Of a stretch of 64,000 bases of DNA, positions 19,120 through 27,822 are shown piece by piece (positions within the stretch are counted from its first letter, which is position 1; each line of letters begins with the position of its first letter). The DNA is from Candidatus Bipolaricaulota bacterium. Its GTDB lineage: Bacteria; Bipolaricaulota; Bipolaricaulia; M55B111. Location of the stretch: contig JAGYME010000001.1 of the NCBI GenBank assembly GCA_018400715.1, positions 44,940 to 108,939 on the forward strand, given 5' to 3'. The notes under the pieces are model-generated. The model did not search any database, had not been told where the DNA came from, and saw only the letters and a list, made by a program, of their open reading frames with translations. Position numbers and translations under genes: made by a program.

Positions 19120-19614
19120 TCAGGACTCGCAGCTCTCGCTTTCCCCGGTGGAGTAGTATTCCAGTTCCGCCGCCCGTTTGATCCTTCCGTATCTCCGGTA
19201 CGCCTTTGCCTCGTAACTTAGATCGAGTACCGGCACCTCTATTCCCTTGAAGTTAACGAACTTCTTGTAGCAGTCGATGTCTATGGGGTCTTCCCACTTT
19301 CCCTCGTAATACTTTTGAATCCCGCCCATTATCTCCACGGTCACGCCTTCCAGTTCAAACGCGCCAAAATGGGACTTAATCCTGTCGGTCGAGGAGAACT
19401 TTACCTCCCTGATCACCCTATCGGAGAAGGCCTCCTCTATCTCGTACGCCCCCGTCTCGTCCGTCTGGATGTCTATGTCGTTTGGGGTCAGGGGTACTCC
19501 CTGGAGGCAAAAGGAGACGCTGCCGGTCACCGCCCAATTCACATCCGAGCCGGACAGTCTGGCGTGGACCTTCTTTAGCGCCCTCTTGTGCTTTTCCGGA
19601 AGCATTTTCTCCAC
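19120..19614 (-). CDS. minimal nucleotidyltransferase (Pol-beta superfamily; ANT/Lnu-like)
   Basis: WAVTGSVSFCLQGVPLTPNDIDIQTD fits the GS-x(9-13)-DxD NTase signature; 164 aa. Confidence 0.6.
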   Translation of the reverse strand: MEKMLPEKHKRALKKVHARLSGSDVNWAVTGSVSFCLQGVPLTPNDIDIQTDETGAYEIEEAFSDRVIREVKFSSTDRIKSHFGAFELEGVTVEIMGGIQKYYEGKWEDPIDIDCYKKFVNFKGIEVPVLDLSYEAKAYRRYGRIKRAAELEYYSTGESESCES

Positions 19615-19792
19615 CTCATAATAAAAGTTGCCTTAAAGAACCTTCGACGAACTCAGCCCGCCAGGGAGGTTAATCTTAGAGTTAAATAACCTGACCGGCA
19701 TGACTTACCAAAGTAATTTTACCCTATTTTGTCAGCAAGTTTGAGTCTCGTTTCGTTTCGGCAAGACGAAGGGTGGAGAAAACAGGCGCTAG

Positions 19793-22165
19793 CTATCCGA
19801 GTGCCCCCAGGAAGCTTTCGTAATCGCCGCGGGATTCTCTGAAAGCCAGCCTTACGTCGTAGTTTCCATACTCGTCGAGAATATCTTCCGCCTCCCCCGG
19901 CTTTACTCCGAAGGAAACTATCATCCTCGAGACGAGCTTCTCGGAGCTGGAACCGGACTCGATGAGACGGCCAGCTATCGCTGCTCGTGGACTCTCCAGG
20001 CCGTTCTCCTCCATGTAGCCTAGGACCTTCTCCGGTTCCTCCGGGAGGAAAGGGCGATAATCTACGTCTCCGGTAATCTGGTCGGAGGGGTCGAGGTCTC
20101 CCCACCAGTTGAACTCGGCGTCCAACCGGCCATCACCGTCGTTGTGGACGGGACTTTGGAGGTCGTTCCAGTTGAGCGCTATGGTGGACGCGTCCACGCC
20201 CGTCCTTACGGTGACCTCTTCTCCGATCGTGAACCCTCTGGGAACGTAACCGCTTCTTGTGCCGATTGTCACGTTGGGGCCAGCAATGGTTATCTCAGAT
20301 CCCGAGGATTCATTGTTGATAAAGGTGTTTGGCGTCGAACCGGTCTCGCTGACCAGAGTGATTTCGCCCTGGAGCTCTTCGGTGAGTTCGTAAGTCCCGT
20401 GTTTCACGAGGACTTTAGCGGGGACGTCCACGTAGTTCGTCCCGGCGATAGCTCTGTTCAAGTAACCGGGGTCCCAGGTGCCGAGAGAGGGCTTGGGACC
20501 TATGTCGTCGACCACGACCGTAACCGGCGATGTCAACTGGACGCCGGGTTCGTCCAGGTCCCCGTCGGGGTCGGACCCCAGCCAGGGAGAGAAGGGTACC
20601 GACGCCTCTCCTTCGACGACGATCTCCTGTCCGTCTCCATGATAACCATACGCCGAAACGTTCGGACCTGATGCATCTCCCCACCAGTTTAACGTGGCGT
20701 CGACGTTCCTGGAATCGCCAGTTACCTTCAGGCCGGGGCCTCCGTTTCCCGTAACCCTGTTTCCGAGAATTTCTATATATTCGACGTCATCTAGGTCGAT
20801 GCCAGTACTCGCATTTCCTGTGACATTGTTGAATGTAATTTCAAGTTTTTCTACGTAGTCACTTTCAATACCCTCGTCCTCGTTGTCCACGATGTCGTTT
20901 CTCGTGATAACGTTATCGCTTGCTGCAGAGCCGAAGAGGTCGATACCGTCGTTGCGGTTTTCTTTGAATACGTTTCCAGAAATGTAATTTTTCGCAGAAT
21001 AACTAATGTGCATTCCGTCGAGGTTGTCGTAGATGACGTTGGAGGTTACCTCGTGGCCGGCTGAGTCGAGCAGGTATATTCCGTGTTCCTCGTTTCCGTA
21101 AATATTGTTGTCGAGAAGTTTATTGTAGTTCGACCAGAGGTTAATTATAACCCCGTCCTCTTCGTTGTCTTTAACCGTATTTCCGGAGATCGTGTTATAA
21201 TTATTCGAAGAAGCGAGGTTTATTCCCTTGGCATTTCCCGCGACCGTATTATTCTTGATTTTGTTGTCGTCTGAATACTTGAGGTAAACCCCGTCGCTTG
21301 TATTGTCGAAAATCTCGTTGTTATCCAGCGTGTTGTATGAGGATTCGTAGATGTAAATTCCGTGCTCAGAGTTCTCGTAGATCGTGTTTCCCTGTATCTT
21401 GTTTTCCGAGGACTCGTCTACACCGATACCGTTTTTATCGTTATTACTGACCGTATTTTTCAAAATAGCGTTACCTTCCGATTCTTTTATCCCCACCCCG
21501 TCCTCTCCGTTGTTTGAGATAATGCTGTCCCCGATCCCGGTTTTCCAGGAATTTAACAGGTGTATACCGTCTTTAGTATTGTCCTTAAGTTTTACGCCTG
21601 CTATGTAGTTCCTCTCTGACAACGCGAGTTTAATTCCGTGTTCTCCGCTGTCTTGGACCATTACTCCGTAGATTATGTTTCTATTGGAATAATCCAGGAA
21701 AATTCCGTTCTCCGCGCTCGAGTTGATCTCGGTATCCTGGACCGTGACGTACTCCGTCGAATAGAACTCTATTCCGTCTCCGTCTGACGAGTCGAGGAGT
21801 AAATCGACAACTACCCCTTCCTCTACTGAGTTATAGTAGATTAAATCGTCATGGATTGAGGAGGGTTCAACGTCAGAGGTTATCTTGGGGATCTCCTCGC
21901 CTTCTGTAATCCCAGCAATATGTAAGTCGCCCGACTCGACCTCGAACCTCCCGTAACCAGCGGAAGAAGGGTAGACGTCGATTTCGTCACCTGGACCTGC
22001 ATCGACGAGAGCGGCGGCAATCGTGCAGTAAGGGCCACCGGAAGTGTCGTTACAGTCCTCTGAATCTCCTTTGACCATTAATTCATCGGATAAGCCTAAG
22101 TTGGAAATCAATACAATTAATACCAGACCAATAAGGGCCACCTTAAATAGGAAAGTATACTTCAT
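19793..22165 (-). CDS. secreted right-handed parallel beta-helix repeat protein (NosD/CASH-like), about 790 aa
   Basis: Start taken at MKYTFLFKVALIGLVLIVLISN (signal/anchor). Long arrays of N-rich repeats such as NNxISxNxxDGIxLxxSxxN. The longer start at 22216 is possible. Confidence 0.75.
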   Translation of the reverse strand: MKYTFLFKVALIGLVLIVLISNLGLSDELMVKGDSEDCNDTSGGPYCTIAAALVDAGPGDEIDVYPSSAGYGRFEVESGDLHIAGITEGEEIPKITSDVEPSSIHDDLIYYNSVEEGVVVDLLLDSSDGDGIEFYSTEYVTVQDTEINSSAENGIFLDYSNRNIIYGVMVQDSGEHGIKLALSERNYIAGVKLKDNTKDGIHLLNSWKTGIGDSIISNNGEDGVGIKESEGNAILKNTVSNNDKNGIGVDESSENKIQGNTIYENSEHGIYIYESSYNTLDNNEIFDNTSDGVYLKYSDDNKIKNNTVAGNAKGINLASSNNYNTISGNTVKDNEEDGVIINLWSNYNKLLDNNIYGNEEHGIYLLDSAGHEVTSNVIYDNLDGMHISYSAKNYISGNVFKENRNDGIDLFGSAASDNVITRNDIVDNEDEGIESDYVEKLEITFNNVTGNASTGIDLDDVEYIEILGNRVTGNGGPGLKVTGDSRNVDATLNWWGDASGPNVSAYGYHGDGQEIVVEGEASVPFSPWLGSDPDGDLDEPGVQLTSPVTVVVDDIGPKPSLGTWDPGYLNRAIAGTNYVDVPAKVLVKHGTYELTEELQGEITLVSETGSTPNTFINNESSGSEITIAGPNVTIGTRSGYVPRGFTIGEEVTVRTGVDASTIALNWNDLQSPVHNDGDGRLDAEFNWWGDLDPSDQITGDVDYRPFLPEEPEKVLGYMEENGLESPRAAIAGRLIESGSSSEKLVSRMIVSFGVKPGEAEDILDEYGNYDVRLAFRESRGDYESFLGALG

Positions 22166-22446
22166 CTCACCCACCAACTTGTGTAGTTTGTTTAGTTTGT
22201 TTGGCCTTAGGACCAAATAAGAGATATAAAGCGGGTGTTGACTTCAGGTATCCTAGGTAGCTGCCCCCTTTATATCAAGTATAACGAAAACTATCATATT
22301 ATATTTGTGAATGTTTTTACGCGCAAGAATTCGCAGTTAGACCATCAGCTGATTAGGATAGTCCTGCCAACTCCACTGTGTTTTTTATCTCCCCTTCCAT
22401 ATACTTTCTGCAAGTTTGAAATTACCTATTCGCAGGAGAGGTTATA

Positions 22447-22622
22447 TGGCCGAAGAGAAAAAAGTTATCCTCGACGTCGACCTGAACTCTGGAATAGACT
22501 ACGGACGGACGGTCTGCGATTACTACGGGAGGAGCGGCAGGAAGGTCAACGCGGAGGTCGGTATCGACCTGAACGGTGAGCTATTCTGGGAAATCCTCCT
22601 CAGCAATCTGGAGAAGTACTAG
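22447..22622 (+). CDS. small hypothetical protein (58 aa)
   Basis: AGGAGAGGT RBS then ATG (MAEEKKVILDVDLNSGIDYGRTV...). Confidence 0.35.
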
Positions 22623-22624
22623 GC

Positions 22625-23680
22625 CTAACTTGCCGGCAGGACCTCACGGTAGACTCTCAGGATGTTTCCTCCGAGGATACCCTCCACCTCCGACGTCGAG
22701 TAGCCCCGGTCGATTAGACTCTTCGTTAGCCGGGGAAACTTGCTTATATCCGACAAGTCGGCCAGTCGGCCCCCGCCGTCGAAGTCGGACCCGATACCGA
22801 TATGGTCCGTTCCGACCAGGTCCTTGAGGTAATCTACGTGCTCGATTAGGTCGTCGATCGTAGCTCCCGCATCTTCCTCATCGGATCGCTCCCGGATGAA
22901 GTCTGATACGAAGCTTAAGCCGAGGACTCCACCCTTGTCGGCCAGCTCTCTTATCTGTTTGTCGGTCAGGTTCCTGTGGAATTCCACGAGGCCGTAGACG
23001 TTGGCGTGTGATACGATCACCGGGTCCTCGCTTGCCTCCAGCGCATCGAAGAATCCGTTACGGTTAATGTGCGCCAGATCTACTACCATACCCAAATCGT
23101 TCATCTCGGCAATGACCTCCCGCCCGAAGTCGGTCAGGCCGGACCCATAGTCCGCCCCGGACCCGTCTCCGAGAGCGTTTCTTCCGAAGTGGGTGAGGAT
23201 AAGGGAGGTGACGCCGAGCCGGTTTAGCGTCCGCAGGACCTCGACGCTTTCCTTCAGCGGGGACCCGCCCTCGATTGAGATGAGCGCCGCGATTTCCGAT
23301 TTCTCCAGAGCGTCCTCGATATCACGGTAACTCTTGGCAAGACTTATACCCTCCGCACCTTCTACTTCGCCCAGCAGGACGTCAAGGTATTGAATGAGCC
23401 TCCGGAGGGGGTCGGCGTAGCCGGGGGAGACGAAACAGGAAAAGACCAGACAGTTAACCTCGCCCTCAATTGCCCTCGGGAGGTCGATCCGGGCCTCATC
23501 CGAGCGTCTGGCAAGCGTCACCGGAGGGTTGAGTATTTCCTTTTTCCTGCCCATTACGTTCAGTTTGCCCCTCGTCGGGGTAACGAACGGCCCCTCCTCA
23601 ATCATCCGGAGGACGGTATCGTTGTGAGCGTCGAATACGACGGCGTTCTCGTGGATCTGTTTATAGTCCATTTGCTCCAT
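22625..23680 (-). CDS. membrane dipeptidase (peptidase family M19)
   Basis: VVFDAHNDT...HVDYLKDLVGTDHIGIGSDFDG motifs of renal-dipeptidase-like enzymes. Confidence 0.85.
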   Translation of the reverse strand: MEQMDYKQIHENAVVFDAHNDTVLRMIEEGPFVTPTRGKLNVMGRKKEILNPPVTLARRSDEARIDLPRAIEGEVNCLVFSCFVSPGYADPLRRLIQYLDVLLGEVEGAEGISLAKSYRDIEDALEKSEIAALISIEGGSPLKESVEVLRTLNRLGVTSLILTHFGRNALGDGSGADYGSGLTDFGREVIAEMNDLGMVVDLAHINRNGFFDALEASEDPVIVSHANVYGLVEFHRNLTDKQIRELADKGGVLGLSFVSDFIRERSDEEDAGATIDDLIEHVDYLKDLVGTDHIGIGSDFDGGGRLADLSDISKFPRLTKSLIDRGYSTSEVEGILGGNILRVYREVLPAS

Positions 23681-23753
23681 CTTAATTAAGGGGTCACGAC
23701 GAGGATCTAGTTTTGCCTGTACTCAGGATAATAAAGTTTAGTAGGCGGCTTTG

Positions 23754-24320
23754 CTAGTAAAATATCAGGTTCCTGACCTCCCGTGGTTTGACGACTACCT
23801 CCTGCACTCTGGAGTCAAAGAAGTTCTTGCTGTTGGCGGAGTGGATTAGCAGCGCGGTGTCGGCCCCGTCGCCCGTTCCCGCGATTGATAGCACGCTCTT
23901 GCCGGCCTCTACAAGGCCTGCATCAGCCGCCATGAGTACGCATTCCAGGGCGACCTTCGTCCCCTGGCCGAAGAGCCTCAACGTGTCCGCAACGAGGTCA
24001 CCACTGGAATACCCTTCCTTCTCTCCGATGGCGGAATTGATGTTATGGAAGATCATCGGCCCCACGAACACCTTTCCTCCCGCTTTCTCGATTTTTGCAA
24101 CTGCTGCCTCGGACAGTTCCTGTTCGTTAGTCCTGCCAAACCCGGTCGAATGGCCGACGACCACGACGTTGAATTTCTTTGGGTCGAAATGGTCAATGGT
24201 TTTTTCTCCAGTTTCTCCCCCGGTAGAGGCCACCACCACGTCATCGATACCGTGTTCTTCAGCGTATTTTTTTGATATTCCTAAGACTTCTGTAGTACTC
24301 AGTCCTTCGCTATTCTGCAT
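23754..24320 (-). CDS. pyruvate-kinase C-terminal alpha/beta-domain-like protein (COG1751-type), 188 aa
   Basis: Weak recall-based similarity (VVVASTGGETGEK...ALLIHSAN). Confidence 0.4.
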   Translation of the reverse strand: MQNSEGLSTTEVLGISKKYAEEHGIDDVVVASTGGETGEKTIDHFDPKKFNVVVVGHSTGFGRTNEQELSEAAVAKIEKAGGKVFVGPMIFHNINSAIGEKEGYSSGDLVADTLRLFGQGTKVALECVLMAADAGLVEAGKSVLSIAGTGDGADTALLIHSANSKNFFDSRVQEVVVKPREVRNLIFY

Positions 24321-24408
24321 GAAAACCCTCCATCGTCTGAGAAAAGTTTTGGTGAAACACCTACAACGATTATAGAATATCTTACCGGTATGGCAAAAAC
24401 CGGGGTTT

Positions 24409-24600
24409 TTATTGGAGTCCCCTTGTTAGACCGAGGTCCCGTGCTAATCTCAGAGCGTCTTCGTATTCCCTGAAGGTAATTGAGCGGCTCAATTTTTCAT
24501 ATTCCGCTGCCCTCCAGCAGGGCCGATACTGGTCTATTACTCTTTCTTCTACCTTCGATTCCGGAAACGGTAGATATGCTGGATCCGTTACGTTAGACCT
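24409..24600 (-). pseudogene. C-terminal remnant of a PflX/YjjW-type radical-SAM (PFL-activase-related) gene
   Basis: The ORF tail DQYRPCWRAAEYEKLSRSITFREYEDALRLARDLGLTRGLQ matches the conserved C-terminus (QYRPxxKAxxYPEINRRLTxEEYEEALEIAxELGL) of COG1313 proteins. No radical-SAM core lies upstream. Confidence 0.45.
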
Positions 24601-25027
24601 GAGATAAAGGGTAAAGAGAAAATGTAAGTCGAGAAAAGCGTTCAATGTTGTTTGACCAAGCATACATATATGTGATAACATAAGATGCTTTTAATGACCG
24701 TTCACCCAGGTCGGGGGTGTCTCGGGCGCCAGTTGGGAGGAAAAAGACTGGGGAAGGAGGCTAAACCCAGTCAAAAAACCCCCCAACTATCTTCCCCTTT
24801 CCTGGGTGAAATTGGTATTTCTCCGAGGGCAAAATTAACTTGAAACCTATCAGGCATAAAACGCTTGAAAACGGAGATGAACCTAACGTTGTTCCACTCG
24901 TCAAATAATTATAATAATCGGTTCTTACTCTTTCTAGGGTAAGCGTGAGAGACGTAACTCTCCTTTGATCGGGCATTCGGCCGGGTAAAAGGGGTGAGAT
25001 TAAGCGTCCGTTAGGTAGGACGACTTG

Positions 25028-25420
25028 TTATTTCCCTGATTCTTCCTGATTCATTTCCTCCTCTGCTTTCTCCATAACGGCCTTCACTCCCTCCATTCCC
25101 TCGTCGGTAAACAGCATCATCTCCCGTGCAAGTTTCTCCGTCGTCTGCTTGTATTCGAACAAAAGCTCGTACCAGATAGTAGCGATTTTGTTGTACCGTA
25201 CGGCCACGTCCACGGCCATCGACTGGAAGGTCTGAGCGAAACTCGACGAATCGATTCCGGCAATTTTTGCCTGAAGTGCCTTGCTCAATATCTCCATAGA
25301 GCTGTCCTCGTAACCCTCGGCCCTGTCCAGAAGTTTTTCTATTTGCTCGTTGCTTTTGGAAAAGGATTTCTCGCTATTCGCCTCGGAAAAAGCCTTCATG
25401 TCCTTTTGGATATTCTGCAT
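25028..25420 (-). CDS. small helical protein, hypothetical. Apparent N-terminal signal peptide is displaced by frameshift(s) at 25421-25567.
   Basis: ATG MQNIQKD... is the only in-frame start. An upstream MKRKFSLVIF / LLVLSLALLVSAAALA signal peptide is encoded in other frames across an A5 run. Paralogous in length and character to the 2104..2568 protein. Confidence 0.45.
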   Translation of the reverse strand: MQNIQKDMKAFSEANSEKSFSKSNEQIEKLLDRAEGYEDSSMEILSKALQAKIAGIDSSSFAQTFQSMAVDVAVRYNKIATIWYELLFEYKQTTEKLAREMMLFTDEGMEGVKAVMEKAEEEMNQEESGK

Positions 25421-25831
25421 TCCGGTCTGGAGTTCCTTGATGTATTTGTAGGTTTTTCTACGCCCGCCGGCGTAGAACTCTCGTCTTCAGCCTCAGCTAG
25501 GGCAGCCGCCGAAACCAGTAAAGCGAGAGACAACACTAGAAGATAACAAGTGAGAACTTCCGTTTCATGGTAATAAAACCTCCAAAATATTTGAGAACAT
25601 TATATATAATTATTTTCGCATGCAATTACCAGTTTAATCTTTTTCACCCCTCTCTCCATTAGAGTAAAATTGGTTATTGGCCCCGATAGAGATCACCTTT
25701 CGGCCAGTTTGCTTGCATTAGTATGGGGGCGGGTGGGAAAATGGACAAAAGGTCTGGTCCCAGACGTGACTGCCCGCCAGAAAGATCCAGTCGGGCAAAT
25801 TTCACTGCAAATAACTGGAGGAATATTATCA

Positions 25832-27022
25832 ATGAATATTACGGCTACGAAGCTGAAGACGGTTATGTTGCTGGGGATGTTCTTTTTTTTGCTCGCTTGC
25901 TCCGCTACGGTTTTTGGTCAGTCCTCCGATGACGGTTGGGGGCCATACCTCACTGTCGGGAAGGGTCCTGCAATAGTGGTCAACTGGAAGACCGATAAAC
26001 AATGGGCGGGAGAGGTCTCCTACTCGGCCGCATCCCCGGGTCCGGATGAGGAGAGTTTCACGAAATTGGAGAGAGAAACCGGGCCGGTCCAATTTCATCA
26101 CGTGCTGTTAGACGACCTGAAGGGAGGGACCGAATACGAATACGAGGTAAAGGGAAGTGAGGGTCCGTCTTCATATTACTTCAGAAGCCTCTCGGATGAC
26201 CCTCAAGAATTTGCGTTCTTCGTCTACGGCGATAATCGGACTTGCGTACAGAGACACCGGATGCTCTCCATCTGGATGGCGATGGATAGCTGGGACCCGA
26301 CCTTCATATTTCATACGGGAGACCTGGTAGAGCGGCCCACTCCCTCACGCTGGGCGGACTTCTTTTGGGCGATTGAACCGTTTAGCCGGTCTACCCCGCT
26401 GGTGCCCGTGCTGGGAAATCACGAAATGTATCACGGGAGCTATTTTGATGCCTTCTCTCTACCGACCGAAGACGGCGTCTATAAGAGAGGGTGGTATTCG
26501 TTCGAATACGGCCCGGTAAACTTCGTAATCCTAGACTCGAACGTAAATGAAATTGGATTATCCAAGTTCCTAGAGCAGACGGAATGGCTTAAGCGGGAGC
26601 TGGAAGGTCAGACGAGGGAGTACACCGTAGTCTTCTTTCATCACCCGATTTACTCCTCCGGATACTCGTCAGGTGTGGATTCCGGGCTGGCCGAGAGTTG
26701 GGGGAGCCTGTTTGAGAAACACGACGTCGACCTCGTCTTCAACGGACACGTGCACGCCTACGAGCGGCTCGTCAAGGACGGGGTAACCTACGTCGTCACC
26801 GGGGGCGGGGGCGCCCCCACGGACAACATATCTTCCAGGCTTGATATCTCCAAGGCGGCCCAGGGAGACTCCCTCCATTACGTCAGGGTCTCCGTTACGG
26901 AAACGGGGTTGGAACTTGAGACGGTGGAGGTCGCCCGGGTAAATCGCGAAGGAGAGTCCGGTAGAGTTGGGTGCGACGCCGAACTGTCTGAAGGTAGGGC
27001 GATAATCGACGATAATTATTAG
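25832..27022 (+). CDS. secreted metallophosphoesterase (purple-acid-phosphatase-like)
   Basis: GGAGGAA RBS and signal peptide MNITATKLKTVMLLGMFFFLLACSA. GDNR, HTGDLVE, GNHE, GHVHAYER metallophosphatase motifs. The TAG stop is completed by the first bases of the MITE. Confidence 0.85.
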   Translation: MNITATKLKTVMLLGMFFFLLACSATVFGQSSDDGWGPYLTVGKGPAIVVNWKTDKQWAGEVSYSAASPGPDEESFTKLERETGPVQFHHVLLDDLKGGTEYEYEVKGSEGPSSYYFRSLSDDPQEFAFFVYGDNRTCVQRHRMLSIWMAMDSWDPTFIFHTGDLVERPTPSRWADFFWAIEPFSRSTPLVPVLGNHEMYHGSYFDAFSLPTEDGVYKRGWYSFEYGPVNFVILDSNVNEIGLSKFLEQTEWLKRELEGQTREYTVVFFHHPIYSSGYSSGVDSGLAESWGSLFEKHDVDLVFNGHVHAYERLVKDGVTYVVTGGGGAPTDNISSRLDISKAAQGDSLHYVRVSVTETGLELETVEVARVNREGESGRVGCDAELSEGRAIIDDNY

Positions 27023-27125
27023 GGACGGTGCTTGACATTTTGACAATTTGGGCAAGTCCCTTTGCTAATTAATTCCCAATAGACCGGCTGTTTAGAATAA
27101 TGTCAAAATGTCAAGCACCGTCCCT
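27021..27125. mobile_element. MITE/REPIN-like element copy 1 (105 bp; 25-bp perfect TIRs AGGGACGGTGCTTGACATTTTGACA)
   Basis: Left end 27021-27045 equals the reverse complement of 27101-27125. The core is about 80% identical to copy 2. Confidence 0.9.
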
Positions 27126-27133
27126 CGATTTCA

Positions 27134-27544
27134 TCAATCGCAGATGTTTAACCTCTCGTCTTCGTCCACCGGTACCCCACAGGACTGGAGGAACTCCGGT
27201 TTGCGCTGGATTACTCTGCAGATCTCACATATCCTGCTGGGCAAGTCGTCAACCCGTCCTTCGACGAGGTCCCTGGCGAGCTTCTCTACCCTGCTGTATA
27301 CCTCCTCGTGTCTCGTGTAACTTCTTCCCCGTTTTTCCCTAACGTACTGGGAGACGCCGGCCTGACTTATGCCGAGTAGGTCGCCGACTTCCTGCTGGGT
27401 TATATCCATTCTTACCATCTCCCTGGCAAGACAGCCACGGATGCAGGGCACAATGTACCAAACGGCAACCTCGCAGGGTTGCTTGTGAACAAGTTTTTTT
27501 TCTTCTTCCTCCTGAGCCTTCTGTTCGTCGTTTGTTCCTGCCAT
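27134..27544 (-). CDS. XRE-type HTH transcriptional regulator with N- and C-terminal Cys pairs (putative metal/redox-binding)
   Basis: QQEVGDLLGISQAGVSQYVREKRG helix-turn-helix; CEVAVWYIVPCIRGC and CEICRVIQRKPEFLQSC motifs. Confidence 0.6.
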   Translation of the reverse strand: MAGTNDEQKAQEEEEKKLVHKQPCEVAVWYIVPCIRGCLAREMVRMDITQQEVGDLLGISQAGVSQYVREKRGRSYTRHEEVYSRVEKLARDLVEGRVDDLPSRICEICRVIQRKPEFLQSCGVPVDEDERLNICD

Positions 27545-27667
27545 ATATTGTTTTCTCCTTGTGAACGATGAATTAACCTATATCAAATGTTACGGCATAA
27601 CGTCAAAGCCTGACAAGAAAGGCTGAGTTCTCGGGGACAGAGTCTCCAGCCACCTAATCTCGCCAAG

Positions 27668-27695
27668 TTGACATTATTATTACAATTGTTATAAT
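27668..27695 (+). promoter_or_regulatory. sigma70-type promoter TTGACA-16-TATAAT with embedded palindrome ACAATTGT, upstream of 27823
   Basis: Consensus hexamers read directly. Followed by perfect palindromes ATTGCGATCGCAAT (27697-27710) and AATTTGCAAATT (27708-27719). Confidence 0.55.
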
Positions 27696-27822
27696 GATTG
27701 CGATCGCAATTTGCAAATTAACCCCGGGCCATTGTCTCGGGTGTTTCAGCCGAGCGCAGAGGGAAAACCGAAAACACTCAATCTGAGGAGATTGAACCAC
27801 TCAGGGTAGCTCGAATGAAAGG

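Noticed and set aside
26669-27342. ORFs beginning or ending with 'MSKCQAPSL' (26669-27055 minus, 27100-27342 plus, 38853-39197 minus, 40574-40774 minus, N-terminal part of 40690-41451)
   Set aside because: The peptide is a translation of the MITE TIR (ATGTCAAAATGTCAAGCACCGTCCC). Recurrence comes from the repeated DNA element, not from a protein family.
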